A stretch of 64,000 bases of DNA from Podarcis gaigeae (Eukaryota): the NCBI GenBank assembly GCA_964106915.2, contig OZ066918.1; one strand, written 5' to 3'. Positions 12,035 through 23,800 of this stretch are shown here, piece after piece (position 1 is the first letter of the stretch; each line of letters opens with the position of its first letter). Made by a program: the position numbers and the translations under genes. The notes below the pieces were generated by a model. It had not been told where the DNA came from. It ran no database searches and saw only the letters and a program-made list of their open reading frames with translations.

Positions 12035-13916
12035 CACTGGTCAACAACAAATTGGTTGTCTGTGTTTTTTCAGTTGATTTAGGATGAATCTGACACACTG
12101 AATCCAAAAATCACATTGGTTTTGCTCAATCAGGACAGGTTTTTGTCTTTTTTTACGTTTTTGTTCACATGTACGCTTGTGTGGAGCATTTTAGAAGAAG
12201 CTGGTGGGGGTAAAATGCCATGTCGAATAATTGTTTTGATTGGAAATGATTATTTTAATGACAAGAAGTATTCAGGTCCGATAGTTCTGGGTGATTATGT
12301 CAAAAAGGGATCAGTTTGAAGTCATAAAACCTCAAAATCTTCCATAAATTGGTGTGGCAAAGCATAAAGTTGGAGGATCAAAACTAAGTTAATCCTGATC
12401 TTCAATCAGCACGTCGTCCTGTAGCTCATTGTGATGAAATTCCAGTGCCTATCTTCGGAGAACTTCCTGATATTAGTGATGAAGATGCCTCCAGTGTTGA
12501 AGGACATGAAGAAGAAGAAGTGGTTCTTGAAGATTATGCTCCACATCCATTTTCCCAAAAGGAGTTGAATGATCTAGTTCGCGACCTCAGCTTGTCAAAG
12601 GACTCTGCCGAACTGTTGGCATCCAGATTGAAGGAAAAAAAACCTCCTCTATGACAGTGCTCGCATCAGCTTCTTCCGCAACAGGCATCAAGAGTACCTC
12701 CGTTTTTTCTTGAAAGAGAAGGACTTGGTGTACTGTGCAGATATTGCACAGCTTCTGCTCAAGCTTGGAGTGCCACAGTATGAACCCAAAGATTGGAGAC
12801 TGTTCACTGACAGCAGCAAGCAATCACTGAAATGTGTTCTGCTACACAACGGCAACCAGTTTGCCTCTATACCCCTGGCTTACTTGAGTACACTGAAGGA
12901 AACTATGAAGCGGTGAAGTATGTGCTGGAGAAAATTGGTTATGATCAGCATAAGTGGTTTATTTGTGTTGACCTGAAGATGGTGAACTTTTTGTTGGGAC
13001 AACAGTCTGGCTTCACCAAGTACCCATGTTTTCTGTGCATGTGGGATAGTAGGGACCGTGCTCAGCATTACACAAAGAAGGACTGGCCTGTGCGGGAGGA
13101 ACTGGTGCCTTGCAAAGAAAGGAACGTCATCAACGACCCTCTGGTGGACAGAGACAGAATACTCTTCCCACCGCTGCACATCAAGCTCGGCTTAATCAAG
13201 CAGTTCACCAAGGCTCGGGACAAGGATGGTGACTGCTTCACTTACTTGTGCCAGGCTTTTCCGGGATTGACCATGGAGAAGTTGAAAGCTGGCATCTTTG
13301 ACGGTCCTCAGATCCGTCAGCTCATCAGAGATCCAGAGTTCGGAAACTCAATGAACGAAGTGGAACTGGAAGCATGGAAGGCATTTGTTCTGGTAGTGAA
13401 GAACTTTCTTGGCAACAATAAGGCCAGAAACTATGCAGAACAAACTTGTCAACAACATGCTGACTGCTTTCAGAAACCTGGGCTGCAACATGAGTGTCAA
13501 GATGCACTACCTATTTTCACATATGGACCGGTTTCCTGAGAACCTGGGTTCAATGAGTGACGAGCAGGGGAAGAGATTCCATCAGGACATGAAAGAGATG
13601 GAGACTAGGTATCAGGGTCGCTGGGACGCAGTCATGATGGCTGACTACTGTTGGACTCTGAAGAGAGACCTCCCTGCCGCTGAGCATTCCAGGAGTTCCA
13701 AGAAACGGAAGTTCAAGCCCTGAAGTTTGAAAAATGGTGAAGCAACATGCAATTTACATGTACTTACCTTTATCAATGCCCACCATTCAGTTTACAGTAA
13801 ACCTGACCTGATGGAGAGAAATGGATGCCATTTCCTGATTCAGCAGTGCAAAAATACCCTAAATCAGTTGTAGAAATCTAGACAACATTCAAAAAGTAAA
13901 AAATTGTTGCCCAGTG
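12035..13916 (+). mobile_element. Chapaev3-type (CMC) DNA transposon, internally deleted and non-functional
   Basis: Short TIR cactggtcaacaa / ttgttgcccagtg (12/13), flanks ttt/tta (near the TWA TSD of Chapaev3). Transposase motifs ELNDLVRDL, KCVLLHNGN, CVDLK, KYPCFLCMWDSR, PPLHIKLGL, GIFDGPQIR, MSVKMHYLFSH, SDEQGxRFHQD, RYQGRW, ADYCW. Confidence 0.85.
12393..13723 (+). pseudogene. Frameshifted transposase of the Chapaev3-type element
   Basis: Split over ORFs 12445-12654, 12710-12916, 12832-13539 and 13409-13723 by frameshifts; no N-terminal Cys-rich region or start codon seen. Confidence 0.85.
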
Positions 13917-15043
13917 TTATTATTATTTCACATCAGTAAGTAAAGGTGAATATGGACCTGCAAACCCTGGAGAACTGATGTGGGGCCCAATATAAATATT
14001 TGTTATGAGGTAGAGTATATCTTACTGGTTTGTGAACAGGCTGGTGTGCGTGCACCACATCATGTGATCAATTATGCAGGGTGGGGCTTACCTGGCCCCC
14101 CTAATATTTTATTCAAGTTGGTACCCCTGGCTGCAGCCACCACTAACACTTCTCAGCATCAACTGCCTGAGGCAGCATCTTCATTTTGCCTAATAGTAGG
14201 ACCAGCCCTGAAGGGTTCTAGCTTGAGCTAAGCTGCAAACAGTGTATGAGAAAATCACATAAAAATCCACTACAGTTTGAACCATATCCCTATCAGCCAT
14301 GTGTAAGGGAAAAAAGACATATCATATTAGATAGGTATTCTGGTAATCTGTTTCTATACGTGGACATCACAGAAACTTTCTGTTTTTCCTTTTACTGTTC
14401 TGTTCATCTGACTTATAGCCCGTCTTTTTTTGGAAAAGAAGAAAAGAAACTTCTATTTCAGAATCTATTGAAATGATAACACCTAATTTAAATTTAATGT
14501 TTAATTCTCTTCCCTCCCTTATACATTTAATAAAAGAGACTAACCATTTAGCACTATACAGGATTGCTGAAAAACCACACAAGATCAAAGGCAAAGTTCA
14601 ATTGTACTAGCAACCATTTGAGCAAAATTGCAGCTATTTTCACAACCGACACTTGAAATAGTTCTCACATTTCCTGCTCTTGTAAATTAGAAGGTAATAC
14701 CAAATGACCTAGAATAAACATTTGATTTATAAAGTGTTCTATTTTGCATTCTATCACATACTAACAATACTCACAAATAGCATATGTGAGAGAAGACATA
14801 TTTAGCTTCTTTGGCAAAATTTACAAAATGGAAAAATGGATGTGAAGTGGTAGTTTTGTATTTGGGCATAATGCCTCCAGGATAAAACATAATCTCCAGA
14901 TGCTGAGATTTCTTTTTTAAAAGTTTCTAGCATTTTTAGAACCTGAGATATGAGGGAACATGTACAGACACAATTCTTCTCCAAATATTTCCCATACCCC
15001 CATTATTTCACCCTGGTTTTAGCCACAGTATATTAGGATCCTA

Positions 15044-15073
15044 ATGGGGGCATAGATTTAAACCATGCATTAT

Positions 15074-15129
<56 letters not shown>

Positions 15130-15153
15130 CATGGTTTAAATCTATGCCCCCAT
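15044..15153. repeat. 25-bp perfect inverted repeat flanking a (TA)n microsatellite
   Basis: atgggggcatagatttaaaccatgc (15044-15068) / gcatggtttaaatctatgcccccat (15129-15153). Confidence 0.95.
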
Positions 15154-17053
15154 CTTTGCCACCCCTTTGCTCTCTCAAACCCCCTTTTCTGGAATTGTCC
15201 ATACTAACTAGCTCCTGACACATGTGTTCCACTTCCACTAGCTTTGAAAAAAAGGGGATTAATAAAGCTATTAAGGTGTTTATGTGAGAGAAAGAGAAAA
15301 TTTTCCTTATCTTATGACACTGCTATACAAATTTCAGCCAGATTTTGTGGAGTATCTGAATATTTAAATTGTAGGTTTGGGCTTTAATATTTTTAATGGT
15401 GTTATTTGTACTGTATTTATGAACCTCAGTAAAAATAAAGAAGAACATGGATATGAACAAATACTACAGTTTAGCTACAAGATATATGTACATGGACAGC
15501 ATTATGTGAGTACAAGGTACTGCAAGTAGTTGCAACCTGCAAGGAAGCAAACTAACGGCAGGGTTCTGTAGTTCCTGTTTATCTGCAATAGAGTCCCGAT
15601 GTGCCCTTTGCACATTCTTCTTTGTAACTGTCTGTACTTTCTTAGTAATCAGTCCTTGTCTAAACAAAGATCACAAACTCCACCTCCAAGCAACAGTAAT
15701 ATGCACTACAGTTACTGTGAGATTCAGGAAGCTGCTCCCTATGTAGTAGTTGAGAATGCATTGTGAAATGCCACAGTTCAAATGACTTGAAATACTACCA
15801 AAAGCTGTTCTCCTGCTACGCTGTTCTCATTGCTAAAAGGTGACTGTGGGTCAAAATCAGTGCTTGGATAAACCAAAGCATTACAGCTGTTGAAATACTT
15901 AAGCCCTGTGAGATTTTAAAATGATGTCATAGCGATGCAGTTATTACTCGTCTGCCATCAGATCCGCTGATGGCAGTTGTGGTTTGTATTCAAGGGGCCC
16001 GAATAATTGAAACAATCCATCTGCTCTATGTTCTTCTCTGCCTCTCGTTCTCTCACTGTCTCCAGCTCGAGTGTGATTACTTGCTGCCTTGTGATATTTG
16101 CCAGTGATGCCATACTTAATCAAACAGCCGCTTACCCTCTGGATCTCTGGAGAGATGTGTTGTAGTTTTAACAATGAACTGTAGATAACTGAAGCTATCC
16201 ACCTGTTCTGGGCATTTTTATTACCACCAATATCTGATGAGACCCAATATTTGTCAGGGATTATCAGTCCTGCACAAGCAATTGACAGCCTTGTGCATAT
16301 TTCATGAAAGCTGATGGTGTTCTAATTCACCATGGACCCCAAATCATTGAAGTAATTGACCCATTCCAGGGCTACTACTTTAGTTTCTGTTAGAAAAGGA
16401 CATTTGCCTATTGTCATGTTCACTTTAAAGGCTGCAGTGGGTATAAGCCTTAATTACTTTTTTCCACAAGACAGAGTAGACCGTAGAGGGAAAATCATAT
16501 TATTTGCATAGCTCATTTTAGTGAACTCCCAGGCACTAATCTGCTCTCCCTGTTCATGCCTTTCAGTTTGGTTGCCATCTCAGCATAAATACTAGTAAAT
16601 GAATACAAAGAAAAGAAAAATGAAAAAGAAATATGGTTTCCAATATCAAGCTACTTTAAGGAGCACTGCTAGGGGAGAAAAAGCCACGAAGATTACAGAG
16701 CCAAGCAATTTAACAGTGTCAGAGCTTGATTTTTCAAGTGCAGCTAAAGTATGGTGGTTCCTTCAAAGGAGCTGTCAAATATTTTACAGTTGGACCCTTA
16801 CATTAAAATTACATGCACTATCTTGCCAAGGGCAAGAATGTTGACCAATATAAAGATTGTACATTAATCAAAACAGCAGGCTACCCATTAACAATTTTTA
16901 TTATTTTCATTGCTATTGTGGCAATAGCAGCACAGTTTATTATTTATTCATTTATACTCTGCCTTTCAAGATAAAGCGTTTCCAAGATTGCTTTTTAAAA
17001 AATTATTTACCATACTGAAAGCTAAGACAATTAAACAAAATCAAATCACCAAT

Positions 17054-20000
17054 GTTGTTGTTGTTGTTGTTTAGTCGTTTAGTCGTGTCCGACTCTTCGT
17101 GACCCCATGGACCAGAGCACGCCAGGCACTTCTGTTCTCCACTGCCTCCCGCAGTTTGATCAAACTCATGCTGGTAGCTTCAAGAACACCATCCAACCAT
17201 CTCATCTGTCGTCCCCTTCTCCTTGTGCCCTCCATCTTTCCCAACATCAGGGTCTTTTCCAGGGAGTCTTATCTTCTCATGAGGTGGCCAAAGTATTGGA
17301 GCCTCAGCTTCATGATCTGTCCTTCCAGTGAGCACTCAGGGCTGATTTCCTTCAGAATGGAGAGGTTTGATCTTCTTGCAGTCCATGGGACTCTCAAGAG
17401 TCTCCTCCAGCACCATAATTCAAAAGCATCAATTCTTCGGCGATCAGCCTTCTTTATGGTCCAGCTCTCACTTCTATACATCACTACTGGGAAAACCATA
17501 GCTTTTACTATACGGACCTTTGTTGGCAAGGTGATGTCTCTACTTTTTAAGATGCTGTCTAGGTTTGTCATTGCTTTTCTCCCAAGAAGCAGGTGTCTTT
17601 TAATTTCGTGACTGCTGTCACCATCTGCAGTGATCATGGAGCCCAAGAAAGTAAAATCTCTTACTGCCTCCATTTCTTCCCCTTCTATTTGCCAGGAGGT
17701 GATGGGACCAGTGGCCATGATCTTCGTTTTTTTGATGTTGAGCTTCAGACCATATTTTGCGCTCTCCTCTTTCACCCTCAATAAAAGGTTCTTTAATTCC
17801 TCCTCACTTTCTGACATCAAGGTTGTGTCATCTGCATATCTGAGGTTGTTGATATTTCTTCCGGCAATCTTAATTCTGGCTTCGGATTCATCCAGCCCAG
17901 CCTTTCGCATGATGAATTCTGCATATAAGTTAAATAAGCAGGGAGAGAATATACAGCCTTGTCGTACTCCTTTCCCAATTTTGAACCAATCAGTTGTTCC
18001 ATATCCAGTTCTAACTGTAGCTTCTTGTCCCACATAGAGATTTCTCAGGAGACAGATGAGGTGATCAGGCACTCCCATTTCTTTAAGAACTTGCCATAGT
18101 TTGCTGTGGTCGACACAGTCAAAGGCTTTTGCATAGTCAATGAAGCAGAAGTAGATGTCTTTCTGGAACTCTCTAGCTTTCTCCATAATCCAGCGCATGT
18201 TTGCAATTTGGTCTCTGGTTCCTCTGCCTCTTCTAAATCCAGCTTGCATTTCTGGGAGTTCTCGGTCCACATACTGCTTGAGCCTTCCTTGTAGAATTTT
18301 AAGCATAACCTTGCTAGCGTGTGAAATGAGTGCAATTGTGTGGTAGTTGGAGCATTCTTTGGCACTGCCCTTCTTTGGGGTTGGGATGTAGACTGATCTT
18401 CTCCAGTCCTCTGGCCACTGCTGAGTTTTCCAAACTTGCTGGCATATTGAGTGTAGCACCTTAACAGCATCATCTTTTAAAATTTTAAATAGTTCAGCTG
18501 GAATACCATCACTTCCACTGGCCTTGTTATTTGCAGTGCTTTCTAAGGCCCATTTGACTTCACTCTCCAGGATGTCTGGCTCAAGGTCAGCAACCACACT
18601 ACCTGGGGTGTATGAGACATCCATATCTTTCTGGTATAATTCCTCTGTGTATTCTTGCCACCTCTTCTTGATGTCTTCTGCTTCTGTTAGGTCCCTACCA
18701 CTTTTGTCCTTTATTATGGTAATCTTTGTACGAAATGTTCCTTTCATATTTCCAATTTTCTTGAACAGATCTCTGGTTCTTCCCATTCTGTTGTTTTCCT
18801 CTATTTCTTTGCATTGCTCGTTTAAGAAGGCCTTCTTGTCTCTCCTTGCTATTCTTTGGAAATCTGCATTCAATTTCCTGTATCTTTCACTATCTCCTTC
18901 GCATTTTGCTTGCCTTCTCTCCTCCGCTATCTGTAAGGCCTCGTTGGACAGCCACTTTGCTTTCTTGCATTTCTTTTTCATTGGGATGGTTTTAGTTGCT
19001 GCCTCCTGTATAATGTTACTAGCCTCCATCCATAGTTCTTCAGGCACTCTGTCCAGCAAATCTAAATCCTTAAACCTGTTCCTCACTTCCACTGTGTATT
19101 CATAAGGGATTTGGTTTAGATTGTATCTTACCGGCCCAGTGGTTTTTCCTACTTTCTTCAGTTTAAGCTTGAATTTTGCTATAAGAAGCTGATGATCTGA
19201 GCCACAGTCGGCTCCAGGTCTTGTTTTTGCTGACTGTATAGAGCTTCTCCATGTTTGGCTGCAGAGAATATAATCAATCTGATTTTGATGTTGCCCATCT
19301 GGGATGTCCATGTGTAGAGTCATCTCTTGTGTTGTTGGAAAAGCGTGTTTGTGATGACCAGCTTGTTCTCTTGACAGAACTCTATTAGCCTTTGCCCTGC
19401 TTCGTTTTGATATCCAAGGCCAAACTTGCCAGTTGTTCCTTTTATCTCTTGATTCCCTACTTTAGCATTCCAATCCCCTATAATGAGAAGAACATCCTTC
19501 TTTGGTGTCACTTCTATAAGGTCTTGTAAGTCTTCATAGAATTGGTCAATTTCAGTTTCTTCAGCACCAGTGGTTGGTGCATAAACTTGGATTACTGTGA
19601 TGTTAAAAGGTCTGCCTTGGATTCGTATCGAGATCATTCTATCATTTTTGAGATTGCATCCCAGTACAGCTTTCGCCACTCTTTTGTTGACTATGAGGGC
19701 CACTCCATTTCTTTTATGGGTTTCTTGCCCACAGTAGTAGATATGATAGTCATCCGAATTTGCCCATTCCCATCCATTTTGGTTCACTGGTGCCCAGGAT
19801 GCCAACATTTATTCTTGCCATCTCATATTTGACCACATCCAACTTACCCAGGTTCATGGTTCTTACATTCCAGGTTCCTATGCAATATTTTTCTTTACAG
19901 CATTGGACTTTCCTTTCGCTTCCATGCATATCCGCAACTGAGCGTCCTTTCGGCTTTGGCCCAGCCGCTTCATCAGCTCTGGATCTACTTGTACTTGTCC

Positions 20001-20271
20001 TCCGCTCTTCCCCAGTAGCATGTTGGACACCTTCCGACCTGAGGGCTCATCTTCCAGCGTCATAACTTTTATATGCCTGTTGTCTTGTCCATGGAGTTTT
20101 CTTGGCAGGGAGACTGGAGTGGCTTGCCAGTTCCTCCTCCAGGTGGATCACGTTTGGTCAGAACTCTTCACTATGACCTGTTCATGTTGGGTGCCCTGCT
20201 CGGCATAGTTCATAGCTTCTCTGAGTTATTCAAGCCCCTTCGCCACGGCAAGGCAGTGATCCATGAAGGGG
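17054..20271 (-). mobile_element. Full-length Bov-B (RTE clade) LINE, ~3.2 kb
   Basis: 12-bp TSD caaatcaccaat (17042-17053 and 20272-20283), (AAC)n tail, APE endonuclease motifs (QVYAPT, GDWNAKVG, NQIDYIL, GSDH), RT motifs (QAGFRRGRGTRDQI, GVRQGCIFSP, LRYADD). Confidence 0.97.
17071..20063 (-). pseudogene. Bov-B endonuclease/reverse transcriptase ORF, disrupted
   Basis: ORF pieces 19878-20063, 19320-19808, 17269-19323. Stop at ~19320 plus adjacent frameshift; in-frame TAA at 17269 followed by continuing DSLEKTLMLGKMEG...HGVTKSRTRLND*. Confidence 0.9.
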
Positions 20272-20702
20272 CAAATCACCAATACAAACATTTTAAACTA
20301 GAATCTAAAAGTCAGGGAGAAAAAAATAAAATGTGTTCAAATAAGTCTTGTGAAACAAAAAGGTATTGTCGAATTTGCCTGGTGAGGGATTTCCACAGTT
20401 GTGGTGCTACCAATAAAGAGGCCCTGTCTCAAGTATCCATCAAGCTGACCTTAAGCCAGAGAGCAGGGCAACTGAAGCTCATCTTGGGGATTGGGTTGAG
20501 TTATATGGGCATAAAGGGACCTTCAAATAACTTGGTGCTAGACTGCTTAGGCTTCAAAAGTCAATACAAGATGTTTATACAGAGTTCAGAAACAGACCGG
20601 TAACCTGTTTAACTGATGTAAAGCTCTTGTAACATGAGACATATGCCTAGTTCCTCTCAATATCCTGGCAGATGAATTCTAGATTGTAGATTCCACACCG
20701 TA

Positions 20703-20864
20703 GGGACATAGGAAGCTGCCTTATACTGAGTAAGGCCATTGGTCCATCTAGCTTGGCATTATATACAATGTTTAGCAGCACCTCTAAAGGGTTTCAAACA
20801 CGCACTTTCCTAGTCCTACCTGGAGATACTGGGGATTGAGCATGAAACCTACCACTGTACTATG
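20703..20864 (-). mobile_element. Squam3-like tRNA SINE, degraded
   Basis: Reverse complement of the tail ctagatggaccaatgg...cagtataaggcagcttcctatgt and of a tRNA-like head remnant. Confidence 0.65.
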
Positions 20865-23800
20865 TCCCATTTTAAAAGTAGTTCTGTGTAGAGAATATTG
20901 CAGTAGCCTGGATTTAACCTGTGCACGAGTAACCGAAGCTAGGTCCACCTTTTCCAAATAAGGTCATTGTTGGCAAGCCACTTGAAATTGGAAAAGGCAC
21001 TCCTGACCAATAATGGCAACCTGTGGATCCAAATATAGCAATGAGTGCAGGAAAGTTCCTGAACTGAGAACTTGGGTCCTTGGGGTGGGAAGGGGACTGA
21101 AACATCATTCAAAACACACAAACTACCTCTCAATTATAAGCATTCCCATCTTGTCTGAACTCAGTTTAAGCTTGTTCACCCTCACCCAGTAAAAAAGCCT
21201 CTTGACAGCAGTTCTTGATGCAGTCAAATTTCATTGCTTTGTTTGATTTGAAATACATATAAATCCTGTATTCACTAGATTATGTCATCCAATTCCAGAA
21301 CTGACTGTCTTCATTTTTAAGGTAGGAACTTGGTTGTGTTCACAACTTATATCCTGGTAGATTTCCAAGAAACCTGTAATGTGTACATGATTGAAATTTA
21401 GCATACCTGCAATACTTACACCATGTAATATTTGCACCAATACCATCTAATGTTTCTGCAGTTGAGTTTTCACTACTATCTATGGAGTTCAAACAGCTTT
21501 GAACATATAACAAAATGTACTACTGCACATCTTCCCCTGCTTTGAAGGACTTCTTGTAACATCTGCTGTGTTTCTTAAGCTTCTTCCACTAAACTTGTCT
21601 CACCTTTCTTTCCAGCTCTGTAACTTTGCACATATGAACAATTTGAGAGAGAAATGATGTTGAAAGCGTAAAGGAGACATTTAACAAAACTGCTCATCTA
21701 GGGAGGCTAATCTAACAACACCAAATGAGGCAGTTAGGCATTCCTTGTACTCAAGCTTTCTTTACAGATATAGGGCATACTGTTTCAAAAGGTCAAGACA
21801 ATCTTATTGAAAAGGACACATTTTGCAACTAAATTATACCATGAAAATGAACACAATTTTGGTCAGATATTGTCTTCTGTTAAAATTACTTTGGAAAAAA
21901 GTACTGAGTTTTCTTTTTTTAAAAAAAGGTCCACAAACTGCCTTCTAGACATAGGATTGTTCAAAATCAACTTGCAAAACTATTTCAATTTTTACTAGTG
22001 CACTATGTACATTTTCTAATTTTAAAAGTGATCCTAATATACAGACCTGGTAGAAAAAACGATTTGCAAAATAAAATTTGACATATTAAAACAATAAAAA
22101 AGAACTCATTTTCTTGTATCTGGCATTCAATGGAATGATTTATGGTCTTCTCTGATGACTGACCAATATACAACGAGGGGTGGGGTAAAGAAATTACTGT
22201 TGCATCTTTGTGTACATGAAAATGAGTCGAAGAATTATAAAGTCAGAAGAGTGACTTTATTTTAGGATAATTGGTGCTGAATAATCACAGAACAATACAC
22301 TGTCACATTTTGTCAGCAGTGGGATTTAATTACCCTCCATCAATTATATCTATGTGTCAACAAAAGGGCAGAAAACAGACCTTTAAAAGAAGACAAAGAA
22401 AGTCATTCTACAGACTGATGGGATTATGATGAATAGGAAAGGGAAGGGAATAATACAGTTTTGTGGCTCACAGAAAGGTATTTTTATATCCTAGACAAAG
22501 TAGGTGAAAATGTGAGACTGAATCATAAGTGAAAGGAAAGGGTGGACCTATGATGCAACACCCACCAACGATTATTCCAAAGCACAGACTCAGGGCTGTT
22601 TTCTTTGGTATAACAAAGCAAGATTAGAGTTCTAGGATCTCTTCAAAATGTTAGGTCAGGACTCACCAAATAGAGTGAAGGATGCTTGTTAATCAGTAAC
22701 AAAGACACCACCCAAAGTGGGTGTTGAGGCATGATGGCAAAACAAGTGCCCTCTAGGAGGATTTTAAAAGATAAGTCCAAAGGAGAATAATGTTGATAAT
22801 GACAAGTGTTTGTGTACCACACGAAGAGAAACACTTTCCTGTTTCCCTTCTGCCTAAGCCTAGGTTTTATTTAAATATTAGCAAAATGCCCATCATGAAT
22901 TGTCTAAGGATTGGGGGAATGCTTATGTATTTCACAAATAGTGGATCCAGATTCATGAAGTACGGTACATGAAGGAAGGCTTTCTAAAATGTACTGAGAC
23001 TGCCAGTAGTGTGTGATGATGACAACTTTTCACTGAGGTGGTAAACCTGTGCCTCAGCTTTCCCAGCTGCAACCCTATCCAGAGAAAGCAGAGTTGGCCT
23101 TAATTATACAAGCACTGGTTGTATTCAGACTAGAATTAAGACCAGGACACACCATCTAAGCTCTGAGTCCTAGAAAATCTGCTCCCTGCCTTGCAGGCCT
23201 TTTCCCACCTGGCCTGGGAGAGTAGGGCCCTGACTGACCAGCTACAAAAGTTGAAGCTGCTGAACAGATTCTTGGGCTGGGATTGGTTTGGATTGGGGGG
23301 GGCAGGGTTGTTGCTGTTGGCTCTTTATTTTAGATTTTGTTGTGATTTAAGTAGAAATTGTTAAGTTTGGTTTTGTATCTTTGTTTCAAATGTAGACACC
23401 TCCTCTTAAATGCACAGTGACTGCAGCTTATGTTTTCAAATCAGATGGAAACTTGTTTGAGGGAAAATGCATCAAGCAGCAGTATTTCTCAAGAAAGTAC
23501 ACTATGGATATGGATTGTGGCTAACATCTTGTGTACATGGCTTCAGACACAAGCTGTGGAAACACACTGGAGCCAGACAGGTTACTTACCTGTCACTGAT
23601 TGCTGAGTAGAATATTGGCTTTGTTTGTGTTGAAGGGATTCACAAGAAAACAAAGCACACTAAGCTGAGTAGTGTCCCACAAGAGTCATTTTATACATAT
23701 TACAAGCTGCAACAGAAGCACAAACTGTACCTAATGACTAAAATAGCTTCCCATGTGTAAAATTGACACTTAAGACACGTTCAGTTGCTCATTGCATAAG

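Noticed and set aside
15557-15659. Exon-like segment QGLITKKVQTVTKK... on minus
   Set aside because: Needs phase-2 entry; stops quickly in phases 0 and 1; weak donor.
15952-15976. 10-bp perfect hairpin ctgccatcag/ctgatggcag
   Set aside because: Short enough to occur by chance in 64 kb; no other support.
17099-20603. Plus-strand ORFs of 60-193 aa over this region
   Set aside because: Antisense frames of the Bov-B element, not independent genes.
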